In this document: in pieces, positions 1 through 14,011 of the stretch
How the letters are laid out: each line of letters opens with the position of its first letter
How positions within the stretch are numbered: the stretch's first letter is position 1
Origin: Balanoglossus misakiensis
Taxonomy: Eukaryota > Animalia > Hemichordata
Length of the DNA: 64,000 nt
NCBI GenBank assembly: GCA_040954595.2
Contig: CM082580.2
Coordinates: 13,380,242-13,444,241 of the forward strand
Direction of reading: 5' to 3'
Program-made: the position numbers and the translations under genes
The notes under the pieces: model-generated
Seen by the model: the letters and a program-made list of their open reading frames with translations, nothing else
What the model was told of the DNA's origin: nothing
Database searches by the model: none

Positions 1-3000
1 AATAATTCATTTACGCCCTGTTTGCAGTAGGTACCAAATATTTTCGCTCTCGCTCGAACAACTTTCCTTTATAGACCACACGGAAGGGGGGGGGGGGGGC
101 TTTGGATGGCATCCAAAGATATACAAAGTTTTACGCATGTAAAAGAATACCATTGTTGTCCACTGATTGAAATGGGCCACGGGTTCAAAGGTGAAATTTT
201 ACAAATCCAAGCGTAACGAGGGCATGCTACGAATTGGAACGTTGATACTACTAGCAGTATTATTGGCGTAAAATGGGAGATGAACACCGTGTTCAAACAA
301 TTCAAATGCCTGGAAAATGATAGCAATGCACTCTTTCACAGAAAATAAAGCGAACCTGTCTGGCGAAAATGTATTTGAAAGTTACGTAAATGCTAATGCC
401 TCTCCATGTAACCTTATATACAACACAAAAGGGGTGGTTCTTTTACTGTAGGCAACCCGCAACTGCAAACTTAGAGGAAAGAAGAAGTGACGATTCCATA
501 TTGATTATTTTCTGTAGTCGAAAAATCGAAAACTGTTTGTAGACTGACGACAGTTGATTTCCTGGATGACTGAAACAAACTCTCATTAAGAACATTCTAG
601 GTCAAGGTAAAAAATGATACAACCACAGTTTTGATTTTTTTGCTGAGAATATGGTCAAGGTTGCTTATTGAGAATCTAGATCTGATGCTGTGCGCACTTT
701 TGTCACGGGCGGACATGCATATTATTTTTCTAGAACGCAGTCAACCAGAAAAAAAAACCTGACATCTTTTGTACCATTGAGATGACGACATCGGGGCAAA
801 CTCTCACAAAACACTGAACAAGCAGTTTTTATCGGACTATTAGATTAAAATCAGCTACGCCGTGTTCGCTTTGTTGCGTTTCTTTTACGCACTGCCCACA
901 TTAGAGAGGCGACGTCAACGTACACAGCAGAGACTGAGTGTATGCAGGCAACACACAGCGCTAACTTAATCAAAATTTTCGCAGTTTTTTTTAAAGGGAT
1001 CGATCAAGTTACACGAATACATACAAATACTCTCAAGGTATAGCCTAAGAGTTGGGAATATACCGCTTTTGCCCTTCACATGGATCGATTACACTGCATT
1101 TGGTTGGTTAACGTGAAATTATTCTGGGCGGTGAATCATCTGCTGCATAGAGTGGTGGGTCTTATCGAGTAATTGTCAAACCAGAAGAACGCCTTTCTGT
1201 GTAGGGCCGATATTCTTTCCTGTTTAGTTTCCGTCATTTGAAACTTAAAAACGAAAATAACAAAAAAACTAGGTGTGAACTATGACCGGAATCGGGAAAT
1301 ACATTTTCAATGACTTATTGCTGTGTGAGTAGTTTTGGATCTATCGGGATTGAAATTCCAATCTGAACAAAAGGTTGATTTGTCGGAATATTTATTCGAT
1401 CGCGGCAGATAGTGCCCCAGGTGATATTTGGAATGTCACGCACTCCAAACCCCATCAACTAAATTACAAAATTTAATATCCAAATTATGTAATCTCTCCA
1501 TTAGCAGTGTTTGTCAAGAGCTGAGTGATTTCAACGTGTGATTATTTTTTTCTCTCTCTGCAGCAATAGCTTTCGAAATATGCTGCAGACACCTTTCCCT
1601 GTCAATAGTTCAATAAAGTTTAAAGCACGTCCCGGACATGTTTTTATTAACCGAAATCTAATGGTGAACATATGATCTGATGCCTAGGTAAATATTTCAA
1701 GAGAAATTTGTTCTCTGACTGAAGAATGCCTGACATTTCTTCGTGTTATTTTTAAGCCTGAGTTAACTCTCGGAATGCTGAGCGCTTGACCCTGTGCAAA
1801 GGTTCATGACGAAGTTGTGAATTCTCGAAAACGACGCCATTTTGGGGGTAGGCACATTCAGCTCGGAGACACAGGATTCGCGGAGTGCAAAGGGCAAACA
1901 TAGAATTCGTCATTACTCCTTACAGATCCGAAGACGTTATTTCTTGGAAAGACTAGAGTGTGTGGAATTGAAACATTGTCAAGCATACAAAATGGCGATT
2001 TCTCCGTGTTTGCCTTGAAATGGAATTGTCTGGCTTTGGAACATTTCCTTTCAGATGGACTCGCATCTGCACTTTCTAAATGGTCTCTTTAGTTCATCCT
2101 TCATGCTTAGAGTATAAATTAGAACTCGGCGGAGGAAATTTAGATAAACCGGAGAAGAAAATTGGTTCAGCGTTATACAGGTGCTCGTTGACAGCAGAAA
2201 AAGAACACATTTTAGAATGGAATGAAGGGGGTCTGGCTAAGAACAGAATCTTGGCATGACCAATAAATCAGCGAGAAGGGAAGGTGAACGATGGGTTGAG
2301 AACCACTTATGAATTCGAGTCTTGTAGCGTTGCATGACAAGATGACTCCCTGAGTTGAATACTAAGGCTGCTAATGTTTGCCGTAATGAGAGATTTTGGT
2401 ATCTCGTCTTCATCAGCTCTCTGATGGGCGTCGCCAGTGAGTCCGGGAGCATCGGATTGTTTTTCTCATGTGAATGTTGTGTAATTTGGTTTGTCTCTGT
2501 CTGCGAATCAACTCGTACGAATGCACGCTGTTTTTCGACAGAATTGATAGTCTGATTGCGTCGCTGATTTTTGTCTGGGCGTCATTTATGACAGAGGGAG
2601 GCAAGTCTGAATTGGAGGCAAAGTTGGAGCCACATTTTATAAATCGCGATGCTTTCCTGGAGAAAGGGTGTGAGAGATCACGTATACACATTGAGCGAAA
2701 TTGGACTCACTGGAGGAAATTTGGTTATTAGCTGCACAGGATATATTAACTCTACATTCAATTCGAGTCCGGTCACACGTTTTCTTATCATCTTCAAACT
2801 CTTGAGAGATAAAAGCTTTGGGCGGTTATTTGGTGCCCCTGCAGAATCCCCGAACGGTAGTTTGATGTAATGAGCACACGTTGTGATATCAATGTCATTT
2901 GTGCCGTGGTGTCCTTGGCATCGTTTATTTCTGATACGTTTCGTAGCTCTCAGAGATTAATGTCGATTGAACGTGATAAAATGTTGTGGGCGCCTCTTGC

Positions 3001-6000
3001 AGGTGATATTTTGGAAGCGCATATATATGATGCAGACTACATTTTTATGTCCACAGTTGTGAACGCTGAAACCATGGTGATGACACACGCATGCTCTGTT
3101 ATTTCCAAGAGGAAGCGATATCAAACACGAACCGCATATAATATCGGTTTTTATTGTGCGAGTGAATTGATTTTTGCCTCTTTGGAAGTCGACAAGATGG
3201 TTTCGTATTGTTGACGGTTTCATGTAGATATGCTGCTTGATAGTGGGTCAGTATGACTGTTTTAGGTTACCGGCAGCTCTGCGAAGATTATTTTTTATGC
3301 AATTTTAAACCGGGTTTGAAAATTCGGTGAAGGACTACAAACAAACAAACAAACATTGATTTCTTCAAACCGAAACGGTTCATCGTCATGTCGGTTGTCC
3401 TTTCATAATGTCAAGGGACAACATGGTTCCGTGATCACGTGACGGGGTAGGTTTACGCGTTACTAGGGAGAACTCTGGGTTTGTTAAAATTGAAGATTCT
3501 CTCATTTTGTCTTTTCCAAAAACTCTCTGAACGACTATAGTGCTGGCTAAACGACCGTTTGGCAAATAACTCTGCTGGCACTGAATCGATCCTGGCTGTC
3601 AATGGAATCCGCGGTCGTAGACATTTCATTTCATCATGCAACGTTATTGTGCGCACAGCTATGAAACTGACTAAAATCTTTCAAGCGCTGAACTTTGTCG
3701 CTGAGACTTCGCTTGGAATGAGCACGGATCCTCGGCTTATACCGGTCGGCCATTAAAGAAGACGATTTAGGAATACTTTTGATTTATATATAGATATCGT
3801 ACGCGTGCATTCACATTGCAGTCATTAAAGTAGGGACAGCAAAATGAAATTTGACTTCGATCATAATTAGATTGAAAGTAATGGCTTCCTAATGGCGTAT
3901 ACCTAAGCTAAATAGATGAAATATTGGTGGCAGTTCTTGTCATGCCGTGCCTAAATCGCACGGTGGCTTCGTTACTCATAACGGTATCGTCAGAATGATC
4001 TTTAAAGCCTATGGCAATCTCTAACATTGATAAAAAAACATGTTAGCTACTGCGTTGGGTTAGATTGTCATTCTTGACTGGTTGCCACACATAAACAGAT
4101 GACCCTGATTCTTCCAGTACAGAGGAATAGCTAAAAATTACAACACAGTTGAGGTGATTGGGCGGTTTTGGTACAAGATGGGCTTGCTGTGACTGTATGG
4201 TGTTTGATTAACTGTCCAGTATTCACATGGGTTGGCGGAAGATAACTCTTCGTTCATCAAGAAGAGAATTATTAAATAAGAGTTTGCAAAAAAAAAATCA
4301 CTTTTTAAAGTAATTACAGTTGCCAATACACTGCAACCCAATTTTCCTTACAGAAAATGGCGGCATTTTAGCCAAGACTTTGCCATTAAACCTCATCATA
4401 CGATAATACCTGGCTAGCTTTATATACCAGCAGCCGACTATTATCTGTCGACGGCATGACGTCATTTGACAGAAAGGTCAGTATGGGTCAGATATGGGAC
4501 ACGTTGCAATTGTAAGGTCGTGACACATTGGAAATCTGTTGCCGTGATTTCATAAATAGTCCAATTTCACATTTTAAAATACTATGAAATTCGATATTGT
4601 GAGAGTCTGCTCTGAGTCGCCCTTTTTCTCCTGAGGACCAGAACCGTGCCCATATATGTTGAATAACGATAACAGCTTTTTGTCAGTCAGTCAGTTAAAT
4701 AAAGAGTTATTTTAGTTCGCTGGTTAGTCAGTCAGTTAAGCGGCGTTTGTACGGTAATTTAACACATTTGTTAGTCTGTAAATATATCTATCTAACAATC
4801 GATCTGCTGATCAAATATATACACTGTACACAATTTGATATTTTGGTGGGAAACCTAATAATTCCTGGTTAAGTAAACCGGGTGATAATTGAGACTTCAT
4901 GGTGTACAATTCCTCTAAAAAATAGAAGTAGCAGCATTTTAGATGTCCTGCCGCTGTCATGACTACTGTCGTCATGGCGATCGCACGGCACCATTAACTC
5001 GCGTGTCGATTGCAATATTGAAACGTTCAAGATTACACAAAGAACCCTTGTCTGATTTTCTAATCGACTAAAAAAACCTCGGCTCTACATATTGACAGTA
5101 TTTAGCGGCTTGTTCGACACACTCACGCAAACGAGTTCTCTTTTGATAAATTCTCTTTTGGCGAATGCCAGCAATCAAACATATAACCCCTGCACCATCG
5201 TATATCTCACAGCAGTCCTCGGTATGGTCGACCCAGACCATACGCTGTGAATCGACTTCAAGTGTGTAAATACTGCACTCACAGTACAACATACAATTAT
5301 ATATCCCCTATAAACGACAATAACACAAAATGATGGTGATGAGATGATGACGACGACGACTATGATGGCATGATGATGACATTTCCCTGCTTCTCGAAAT
5401 ATTTACCCTAAACATGTTAATTCTGCAATGCTATGGTTTTGTTAATTGAACGGGGCTTCGGTGATGATCTTACTTGCGTCTCTTTCGGTACAGTCTTCAT
5501 TTTTTCAATCACGACACAGATCAATTGACGCAATCCCAACAAATGGAATCCTTATCGCCGGAAGTTCCATATCACCGCCGTTCTCTCTCTTGTGATTGGC
5601 TCGCGTGCACGCTCATTTAACCGCAGGTCGTGAGAGTCTTCTCAATGATCTCTTATAGCCTCGAAGTAGTTCCGAAATTAATTTAAACTTTATCCTTTTG
5701 CGTCCATGGTGACCTTTAACTGACCCTATGACGTAATTGAAAAGACATGCATTATGTTCCGCTAGCTCAATTAAGTACACCCATTATGCATCAAACCTTG
5801 GCTATAGCGAGTGAATGCCGTTTTTTCATTCTTAACATCGAGTCGTTGTTTCTTACCGAATAAACAAAGGAAATTTGCAGTATACTTGCAGTAAAATACA
5901 GAAATTTACCTTGCCAGAATGCCCAGTGTGGTGTCCATCATGTCCGGTCAGCAATCTCTGTTTCGGTGACGCTCCAGTTAGTAGACTTCATAGTATTTCT

Positions 6001-7410
6001 TGGTACACGCGCGTTGTATTTCAGATAATTCGTCTGCACCCACAGGTTCGGCAAAACGTGGCAGTTCTTGTGCTTCTGTAAGCGTGAAATCTTCCTCCAA
6101 TTCTTGTATGGAGACAGTATCAAACTTGAAAAGGTCAAATTGGGAAAGGTACCGCTTCTGAAATGTCAGAGAAGTCCATCACGTCTATCCCTCACGAGGG
6201 CTTGACTCAAATGAAAGGGAGAACCTCCACGTGTACGAATAATTTATTCAACCAGGTGTCAGTGTTTCAAAACGGACCAATCATCACTTAAAACGCAGAT
6301 GGTTTCTCATCAAACACTGATTCATATGTTAATGGGTATTGCACGTGATTTTCTCATTCATAACAAGATTTACTTTGTTGAGTGGAAGTGTAAGAATCAA
6401 ACCGAAAAGAATCGCCAAGCGACTGGGAAATAATTCAATTTTATAGGCAGGGATCATTTTGCGTACGTGACCAAGCATAACAACAATCCAAGATGGCGAC
6501 GAAAGTGAGATTTAGTCGCGGTGGAAAGAGCGACCGTTTGTGGAGACGAGTTATGTGTGCGGATGGATAATGTGTTGTTTTCCTGGTAAAGGGGTTAAGT
6601 GAGATTTAACGTGAGTCGTAAGAAATAGGTCGGCTGGTTTAAAAAGTTTAAAAATATACACGCAAAAACTCATCACTATCATAAGCTGGAAGCCGAACGT
6701 ATTGTGTAAATGTCAAACCCGAAGGCAGTCGACGGCACGCTTTCAAAGAGTCTGATTGGCAAAGATTATTTGTACTGTCTTATGTGCCCTTCTATCTAAC
6801 AGAATATGCCAACCGTGTGCTCGAACAGCGACCAGGGCGCCAGTGTCAAGACACTGTCCGTCTGAGAGTCTACGTCTATTGAGTAAAAATAAGAAAAAAC
6901 GTCGACTGAACTTCAATACAACCAGCATGTGCGCAGACACAACTGTCATTATTGTTGCATTCATTTGTCAACTGAAGCATCGCACAATATGATACTCATC
7001 TTCAGGAATTTACGATTGGAATGCCAGACGAAGAAGTTGAACTGATAACTCTTCGTACAGAGTACTTTTGCACAATTAAGGACACCCATTTGCATGGATT
7101 GGAAACAGTAAAATACAGTCATTTTGAGCGCTTACGTGATAAAATCGAAATTGAAAAAGTCGGATAAAGGTCAAACTCGTAGCTTGGCAATCGTAAACCC
7201 CCCATCAATCACGCCTAGTCCTGACATAAGTTTACGGAAGTTGGGGATTTTTCAATCAGACGCCACCTTAACATCAAATCGCAGGTATTGACAAAGCTAT
7301 GATGCAATTATGATTCCGAACTTCACTCTTCAGGGCACTGTATTGTGTCTGACTATAGCTTATCGATTTTTGTTTTTTGTTTTCCTTGTAGGTGGAATGA
7401 CAAACTGAAC

Positions 7411-10067
7411 ATGGCGTCTTACAAACCCGAGGACGCTTATTTCCAGGAACTAATCGCTAAGGCAAAGGCTGACGGGAGCAATTTCAAAGCCAAGAAGATC
7501 AAGATAAGTGTTGATCTTGTTGATGCTGCGATCAAGCAGTTGGAGTTCTTGAAGCTTGTCGATGACCACTCTAGTCTGTACGACAACGAGGTTGTGATAC
7601 AGAATGCCGTACGGAGATATGAGACGTTGTGGCTCCCTCTAATGGCCAAACACCCGTCGACTGATCTTGTCCCTCCCCTTGATGTGGAATGGATCTGGCA
7701 CGTTCACATGCTGGCCCCTCAGGATTACGAAAAAGACTGCTTGGCAGCCGCGCGTGTATTTCCTGACCACAAGCTCCTGGCTAAGAAGGCAAGAACTTCT
7801 GGGCTGGCCAAAGCAAAGAAGTTCTGGGAAAGCATGTTTAGTGAGCAGTTTGAGGTGGACCTGCTGTCTCCCTCAAACCGGGCGATGGAGTATGAAAGCA
7901 AAATAACCTACGATCTGAAAGCGGCGGTTCAGAGACAAAAGCTCTTCTACTACCAGGTGAGTCTGCCGCATTACAGCAGCAAACAGTTCCTTCGGAAGGC
8001 CTTGCTCAGGTACCAGAAGATGTTGTTCTTGAAAAAGAACAACCCCAAGCTCTTTCTTGTACCATGTTATGACATGGATCTTATTTGGCACTCCCATCAA
8101 CTAAACCCACACGTCTACAAAGCAGACACCGAGGCCATATTAGGAAAAATCTTCAACCACGACGATTCTGTCAATGACCGTACCAGCGGTTCAAAACTGG
8201 TCACCTCTGATGTTATGACCCGGGAACTCTGGAAAAGTGCATTCAAAGAAGAGTTTGCCGTGAGTGGCGCCATGTATAGAGGTAACCCTCCCTCTGGAGT
8301 GAAGGAGCTGTCTTATCAAAGTCGCGTCATCCTTCCCACTAAGATCTGCAAAGTCTACATCGACCGTGTTGCCCTCGACCAACCGTTCGGCTTCCTCCCG
8401 CGCTATGTCATCATCTCCCGATTTTCCGATCTATCCGGGAAGATACTGAAGTTGAAAGGTCCGCAACAGTCGTGGGAAGCCAAACCTCGAGAGGGCATAC
8501 CAAGAGGCGGATTGGCCAAATTTACTTGTAACACCGCGAGAATTTCAAAGTTGGTCTTTGAACTGAAGACGCCCGGTGGGTTCTGCTCCTCCAGCCAGCT
8601 GATAGCCATTGCCTCGGTCGATTTCCGCCGAATCCTGGACGAGATTCTTCTGCAGGGCACGGGAGGGGGAACGTACACCATCCCCTTCATCGAGGAGTCC
8701 AGTCACTCTGAGGTCAACAACCTGTCAGTCACCTTCCGAGTGGAAGCGCCCTACAAAGAAGGGGAGTCTCGTCTGAGCCTCAAGGCTGGTGCTTTCGAAG
8801 TCCCTTCACAGCTCGGTACCGATTCTGTAACATATCTACCGCCTCCAACAAGAACAAAGCTTTCACTTGGAATGGGTGAAGCAAGACACAGGTTTGTGCC
8901 TTTTGGTTCAGATTGTCAGCCTTGAGTGGCAGTTTCATTGTGAATGTTAATATACGTTTTGATTTTGCACGCTTAGACTCTGGCTCCTGGTCATTGATTT
9001 GATAAGTGATATCTTACTTCCATTTTCTTTTTTTTCTAGGATTTTAAATCACTACAATATTCACATATTTACGGTGCGGATATTGCACTGTGCAGCCGTG
9101 AAGTTCTCTGTCATCGAGGTCATGGATACCGCAGACAACGTGACGGCCATTTCCCACGTGATTGGTACTGACACAATCCCGAAATATGGTCAGGTGAGAT
9201 TTCTAATTATTTTCTTTCATGTAGCTGTAACAGTTCACTCTTTGGGGTTCGCACTGTGATGTGGCCATTTCTCCACATGTCGACACTATTGGCCGACAGA
9301 TGAATTGAGAGATAGAGCGATCAGTGAATAATCGATTGATTTGTTTCTTCTAGATCACTGACAGTGGCTTCAAAGTCACATTTAAACCTCAAGACGGACA
9401 GCGAGCAATGCTTATCAAGGGACCAAACCATGACTGGGGTGTTTGTGTGGCCAGCTGGACGGGATTCCGCAAGGGCGTTCCGGGGATACCAGGTGACAAA
9501 GCCGCCGGCAGGAGAGGAGTGAAGGGCACCCCGGGGAATCCAGGGGCTTTGGAGGCAACTTTCTACGACTTGGAAAATAGGGATACGACCTCTGTCAAGC
9601 GATATGGCACCGGTATCAATATTGATGGCTTAGTGAGTTTTAACGTTAAGTCGGGATTCATAAGGGTGCCTAAGAATGCCCGTGAAGCGCCACAGACAGT
9701 GGCATTGGCCTTCACCGTCGCCGTTCTGCACGTGATGTGTCAACCCAAACCGAAGCAACCCGTGGACTATTCGGACAAGCCTCTAGCTACCGACCCTGAC
9801 ACGATGCTCTTCCTACTTGCCGCCGGTTATTACTGCTACGTTCCCTACGACCCGATGTATCTGACATCCACCAGTGCATTCGAAGGTTCATCGGGCATGG
9901 CCGCGTCTTCTGACGTCTACGGTGGTGGCGACATCGATGCCGGCGATGGCGGCGCTGGGTGTGGCGGTTGCGGTGGTTGTGGTGGCTGTGGTGGTTGTGG
10001 CGGTTGTGGTGGTTGTGGTGGTTGCGGTGGTGGTGGTTGTGGAGGATGTGGTGGTTGTGGCGGTTGA
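7411..10067 (+). CDS. Glycine-rich domain-containing protein (GRDP/DUF1399-like), 3 coding exons: 7411-8891, 9040-9193, 9354-10067
   Basis: Two GRDP-type repeats (RRYETLWLPL...VPPLDVEWIWHVHMLAPQDY and RYQKMLFL...LVPCYDMDLIWHSHQLNPHVY...NHDDSVNDR). GT-AG introns keep the frame. An acceptor (ttgtag) ends at 7391, just before the ATG at 7411. The C-terminus is a Gly/Cys tail. Confidence 0.88.
9957..10064 (+). repeat. Coding (Cys-Gly-Gly)n repeat with 11 Cys at the GRDP C-terminus
   Basis: 9-bp-period TGY-GGN-GGN array with synonymous variation, ending at the TGA at 10065-10067. Confidence 0.9.
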
Positions 10068-13000
10068 ACACACAGCCCAATTCCCGTACACCAATTGACA
10101 ATTCAGAAAAAGCGAGCTGAGATTGTAAAAACAGCTAATAACAGCTTTGTACGTTCATTTGTATTGAGATAGTAACGATGATTAATTATGCCATTTACTT
10201 GTTGGAATTAATTATTTTCGTAAGAGTATTTATAATATACTGTGACATTTACCTTTCTGTGTGTAATCAGGCACCCTAATGCCATGTGATGAAATACATA
10301 AATGATGAGTTAGATTTTGGTAGAAGGACGCCACCAGTAGGCCTATGTATAAATATTTAGCACAGAACTCGTTGAAGAGTTCTTACATTGTGGCGATGGA
10401 AGACAACACACGCAATAATATATTTGTTTGCTGGAACCTGGATGGATGGTCGAAAGTTGCGGAGACATGATGTTTATGCAGCATTTGGTCAGTTTGATAG
10501 GTTTGGATTTACATGTACATGCAAAGCGGTGTTGGAAAAATCGTGATATTATCAACAATGGGTTGTCGATAATCAAAAAAAAATCACGTGTACCTAGAGA
10601 GGGCGTCTAAAAGGAGGCTGGACCTTACCATTGTTATCAAAATTTCTATGTCGTTTATTGAGGACAATTTTAGTAGTGTGCAGATGCAAAGACGTCCAGT
10701 TTCGTAACTGTATGTCGTTCACGTCAACGTTTCATGTACCCAGGCTTTTCCTGCGTGCATCATGTTCAGATTTTCGTGGAATACTTTGTGTGACAATATT
10801 GATTCCAATAGATTCTCACTTAAGTGGCTTTCAAATCGAACAGTCAGATGAAACCGGAAGGGCGTCACTGTCTCGTGAGACTCACGTGACTCGTGCCCGG
10901 CTTGTTGATTGGTGACTGGGACAAGATTTTCATTTATTCATTTGTCAACTTGTACTATTTGTGTAGCCTTGTCATATTGTTATACGATTCAGCGGATAGT
11001 TTCCCAGACATCGTAGTTTTGGTATCCTTAACCTTAAGAGTCTTATTACTGTGTTATGAATATTTCTTGTATTTTTGTGATACTTTCTAACTACTTTGTC
11101 TAACTAGTTCGTTTGTCGCTGACTGGCACACTGTTGACCAGTTACCATATTTGGATATTTAGTGAGATTTAGGTACATTCATCATGTGAATACAAACCAA
11201 CGCCTGTTGGTTCTGTAGATAATCATCAACGTTGATTTCGCCACGCGAAGGCAGCCTAGCGATGATTTATATACACTTTCAGGAGGGTTTTGCCAAGAGA
11301 AATTACAACTAGTTAATGAGGGATATATTAATAACCATGACAACCATTTTATTACTTAAGTTTTAAAATGAATTCAAGATATTAGAGCTAATCCCGAGAC
11401 ACTATTTAATAACGCCAGTGTTGAAATTTAAAAGTGGACTCTGAATGAGAAATTTGCGGAAATAATTCGCAGTTTAGCAGCAATACAGATTTTAAAATGA
11501 TATTAATGTGGTTTTCAGTGTCAAGAGTTGGCCAAAATTTACACAAGATATTATGAAAGGAGTTGATCTTTACAGATAGACGTATTAGCATAACGCGTGC
11601 TCACTATAAACACAGCAAGCGCGCACCACTGCAAATACCCTGTTACGTATAAACAAAACTAGAACGACTAGTCAACGAACTTAAACGTGAAAACACGACA
11701 GTATTGAACTGTCACTTGAGAGCGTAACTGATTTTCAAACAACTTATAAAATATACGATGTGTAACTTCAGCGATAAGTCCTTTGTGAGTTGTGCAACAG
11801 AAATGTACACACGTCTGGTCGTCGAAGTAATTTTAAGTGTCGATTCTTGTTGTCTGTTTATGATAGAGGTATTTCATCAAAATTATGGAAAAATGTAAAT
11901 ATTGCTCGAGTGTATGAGAGGGAGAATGATTTTGTTGAATTAAGGCTGCGTGTAAATTAATCGTTCAATTCTTTCCTATAATTTGGTGAACAGGAATATT
12001 ACCTGTTAAACGGTGAATAATTGAAGTCGTAGTCTGCGGTTCATACTGAACTATTTCTGAACTACTGGTTTACCTGGTTAGAAACTGTTTAAAACTGTGG
12101 TTAATAACTATTTTCTGTTAAGTGGGTAACTGAACTAGTTTATCAAAGTTGAAACCTGGATGATGTTAACCTGATTAATAAGGGAATATCAATTTGTAAA
12201 TGACAGCTGAAATGTGGTTATAGTGTAAGTGAGTTTAAATGGTTACTGAACCATGGTTTGTGAGTGAAGTCTTCTCCATTGGAAGAACCTTACACAACAA
12301 GGATGGAATACATGTATGAACGACTCCCTCAACGTGAAGAAGAAATGTTACTGTTTAGAGTGTACAACGGGTTGTTGTCGGTTGATCCGAACTTCTAGAT
12401 TAAAAAAAATGATCATGACGCCTTTAGGCCGAAAGCTATTTACCAGCACGATGCAACTTAAACTTTAGAACTAAGATTTTGATCTGCACATTACACATTG
12501 CTTTTTTGCTACATGTGCACAGTGTGAAATCCTTTTGTTGAGCAGACTATGTCGATGCTCATAGCCACTTGAAATTAAAGCGCCATCTTTGTTGATTACT
12601 AAGTATTTAGAGAGTTATAACGAGCCTCTTTGATGCTCCATGCATGTCAGTGTTATTGGTGTACTTTGAGTCTGTAAGAAAATTTCTTGTTGTGGCGTTT
12701 TCTGAACGTCGAGAGATGTTCGTTTGTTTTTGTGCTGCATTGCGGTTATTTTTCTGCATTACACATGAGATTTGTTCACATTTTGTTGGCCATTAATTGC
12801 TGTGTATGAAATATAGAAGTGTTACTAATCCGAGTTGTTATCATTGTGTGTGTGTCAATTCATTTCATACACACACACTGCACACACACACACACGCAAG
12901 CATATGCACGAATATATAGCACAGGTCTTCATACAATGTAATTTACCTGTTATTTACCATAAACAACTAACATTGGCTTGTGGAACCTTCATTGGCATTT

Positions 13001-14011
13001 CAAGGGAAAACAATTCATGTAAAGCAGGATGCGAAGAATATATGCATTAATTTATGCAAATTATGATGATTAATATTGATTAAATTCGACGATAATGAGT
13101 CATTATCAAGGGCGAATATTCATCTACCTCGGATCTAGCGCTATATACTGTACATGTATATCTGGGGCAGCATCGAAATAGTGCCCTCTACGTGATGGAA
13201 GCCAAATACTTCCGAGAGAATATCGAACTCGAACTGTTGTCGTTTCAATATATTACATGGTTAAACTTAAGGAGTCATATATGTATTACTCCGAATCACA
13301 GGGAATCAACGATTCATCTGTCGTTTCACCAGCGCTCACCGCCGAGTGATTAGGAGTTTGGAGTTGAAAATGCATAAACCGACTGACCGAACTTTCGGTG
13401 ACAACACGAGGAGATAGGGAGAGAATAATGGAGTTCAAGTGTCTACTTCAAAAATTCCAACATAAATAGGTTTAATTTTGTCAACTGACACAGAGAACAA
13501 GTACGCGACGATTTGAGTAAATTCGGCACCGTCCCTCTTGAGTCGGCGATGGACTTTACTCTGGGTGTGACGTCACAGCGAAGAGGTGGTGTGTGTACCC
13601 CGGTCTAATTAATCCACTTACTATAAGTCACGAGGAGGGCTGTTGAAAGAACAATGTAAGAGATAAAATTGTCGCTATCTGTCTTCCTGAATCGTTGCTA
13701 TGGGATACCCACTACAAGGCCCTACCGCTTCATCTGGCAAACCCACTGCGTGAATCAGGTTGACGACTAGCAAAATCCTGGCCAGATGACCATACCCGGC
13801 CCCATGCTGACACCTGAATTCAAGTTCATCGTTTATATTGTACACACACTTGATGCACACGCTTTTGCGATTTAAACTGAAATTCGCTGTAGGCCTTCCC
13901 TTCTCAATTGTATAATTCTGAACAAAATCGACCCTTGCTGTCAAATCGTCCTCTTTTCAAACTCACCTAAACAATACACATGTACACACATACAAGTTAT
14001 AGTTCGTGTCT

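Noticed and set aside
2237-3233. Cluster of overlapping 65-115 aa ORFs on both strands; possibly a decayed gene or long exon
   Set aside because: No recognisable domain, stops in every frame and no consistent splice model. It could be UTR, lncRNA or a pseudogene, but I cannot support a call.
5127-6138. Minus-strand exon-like pieces (donors at 5909, 5473 and 5126; acceptor at 5308) divergent from the GRDP gene
   Set aside because: Joined translations are short or unrecognisable, and splice motifs alone are insufficient evidence.
7345-7410. ORF-track start of the GRDP gene at 7345
   Set aside because: It is a non-ATG start inside a polypyrimidine intron end (acceptor at 7390-7391); the first exonic in-frame ATG is at 7411.
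9787-10101. His-rich, Thr-rich and Val-rich ORFs
   Set aside because: These are alternative-frame and antisense shadows of the (CGG)n coding repeat.
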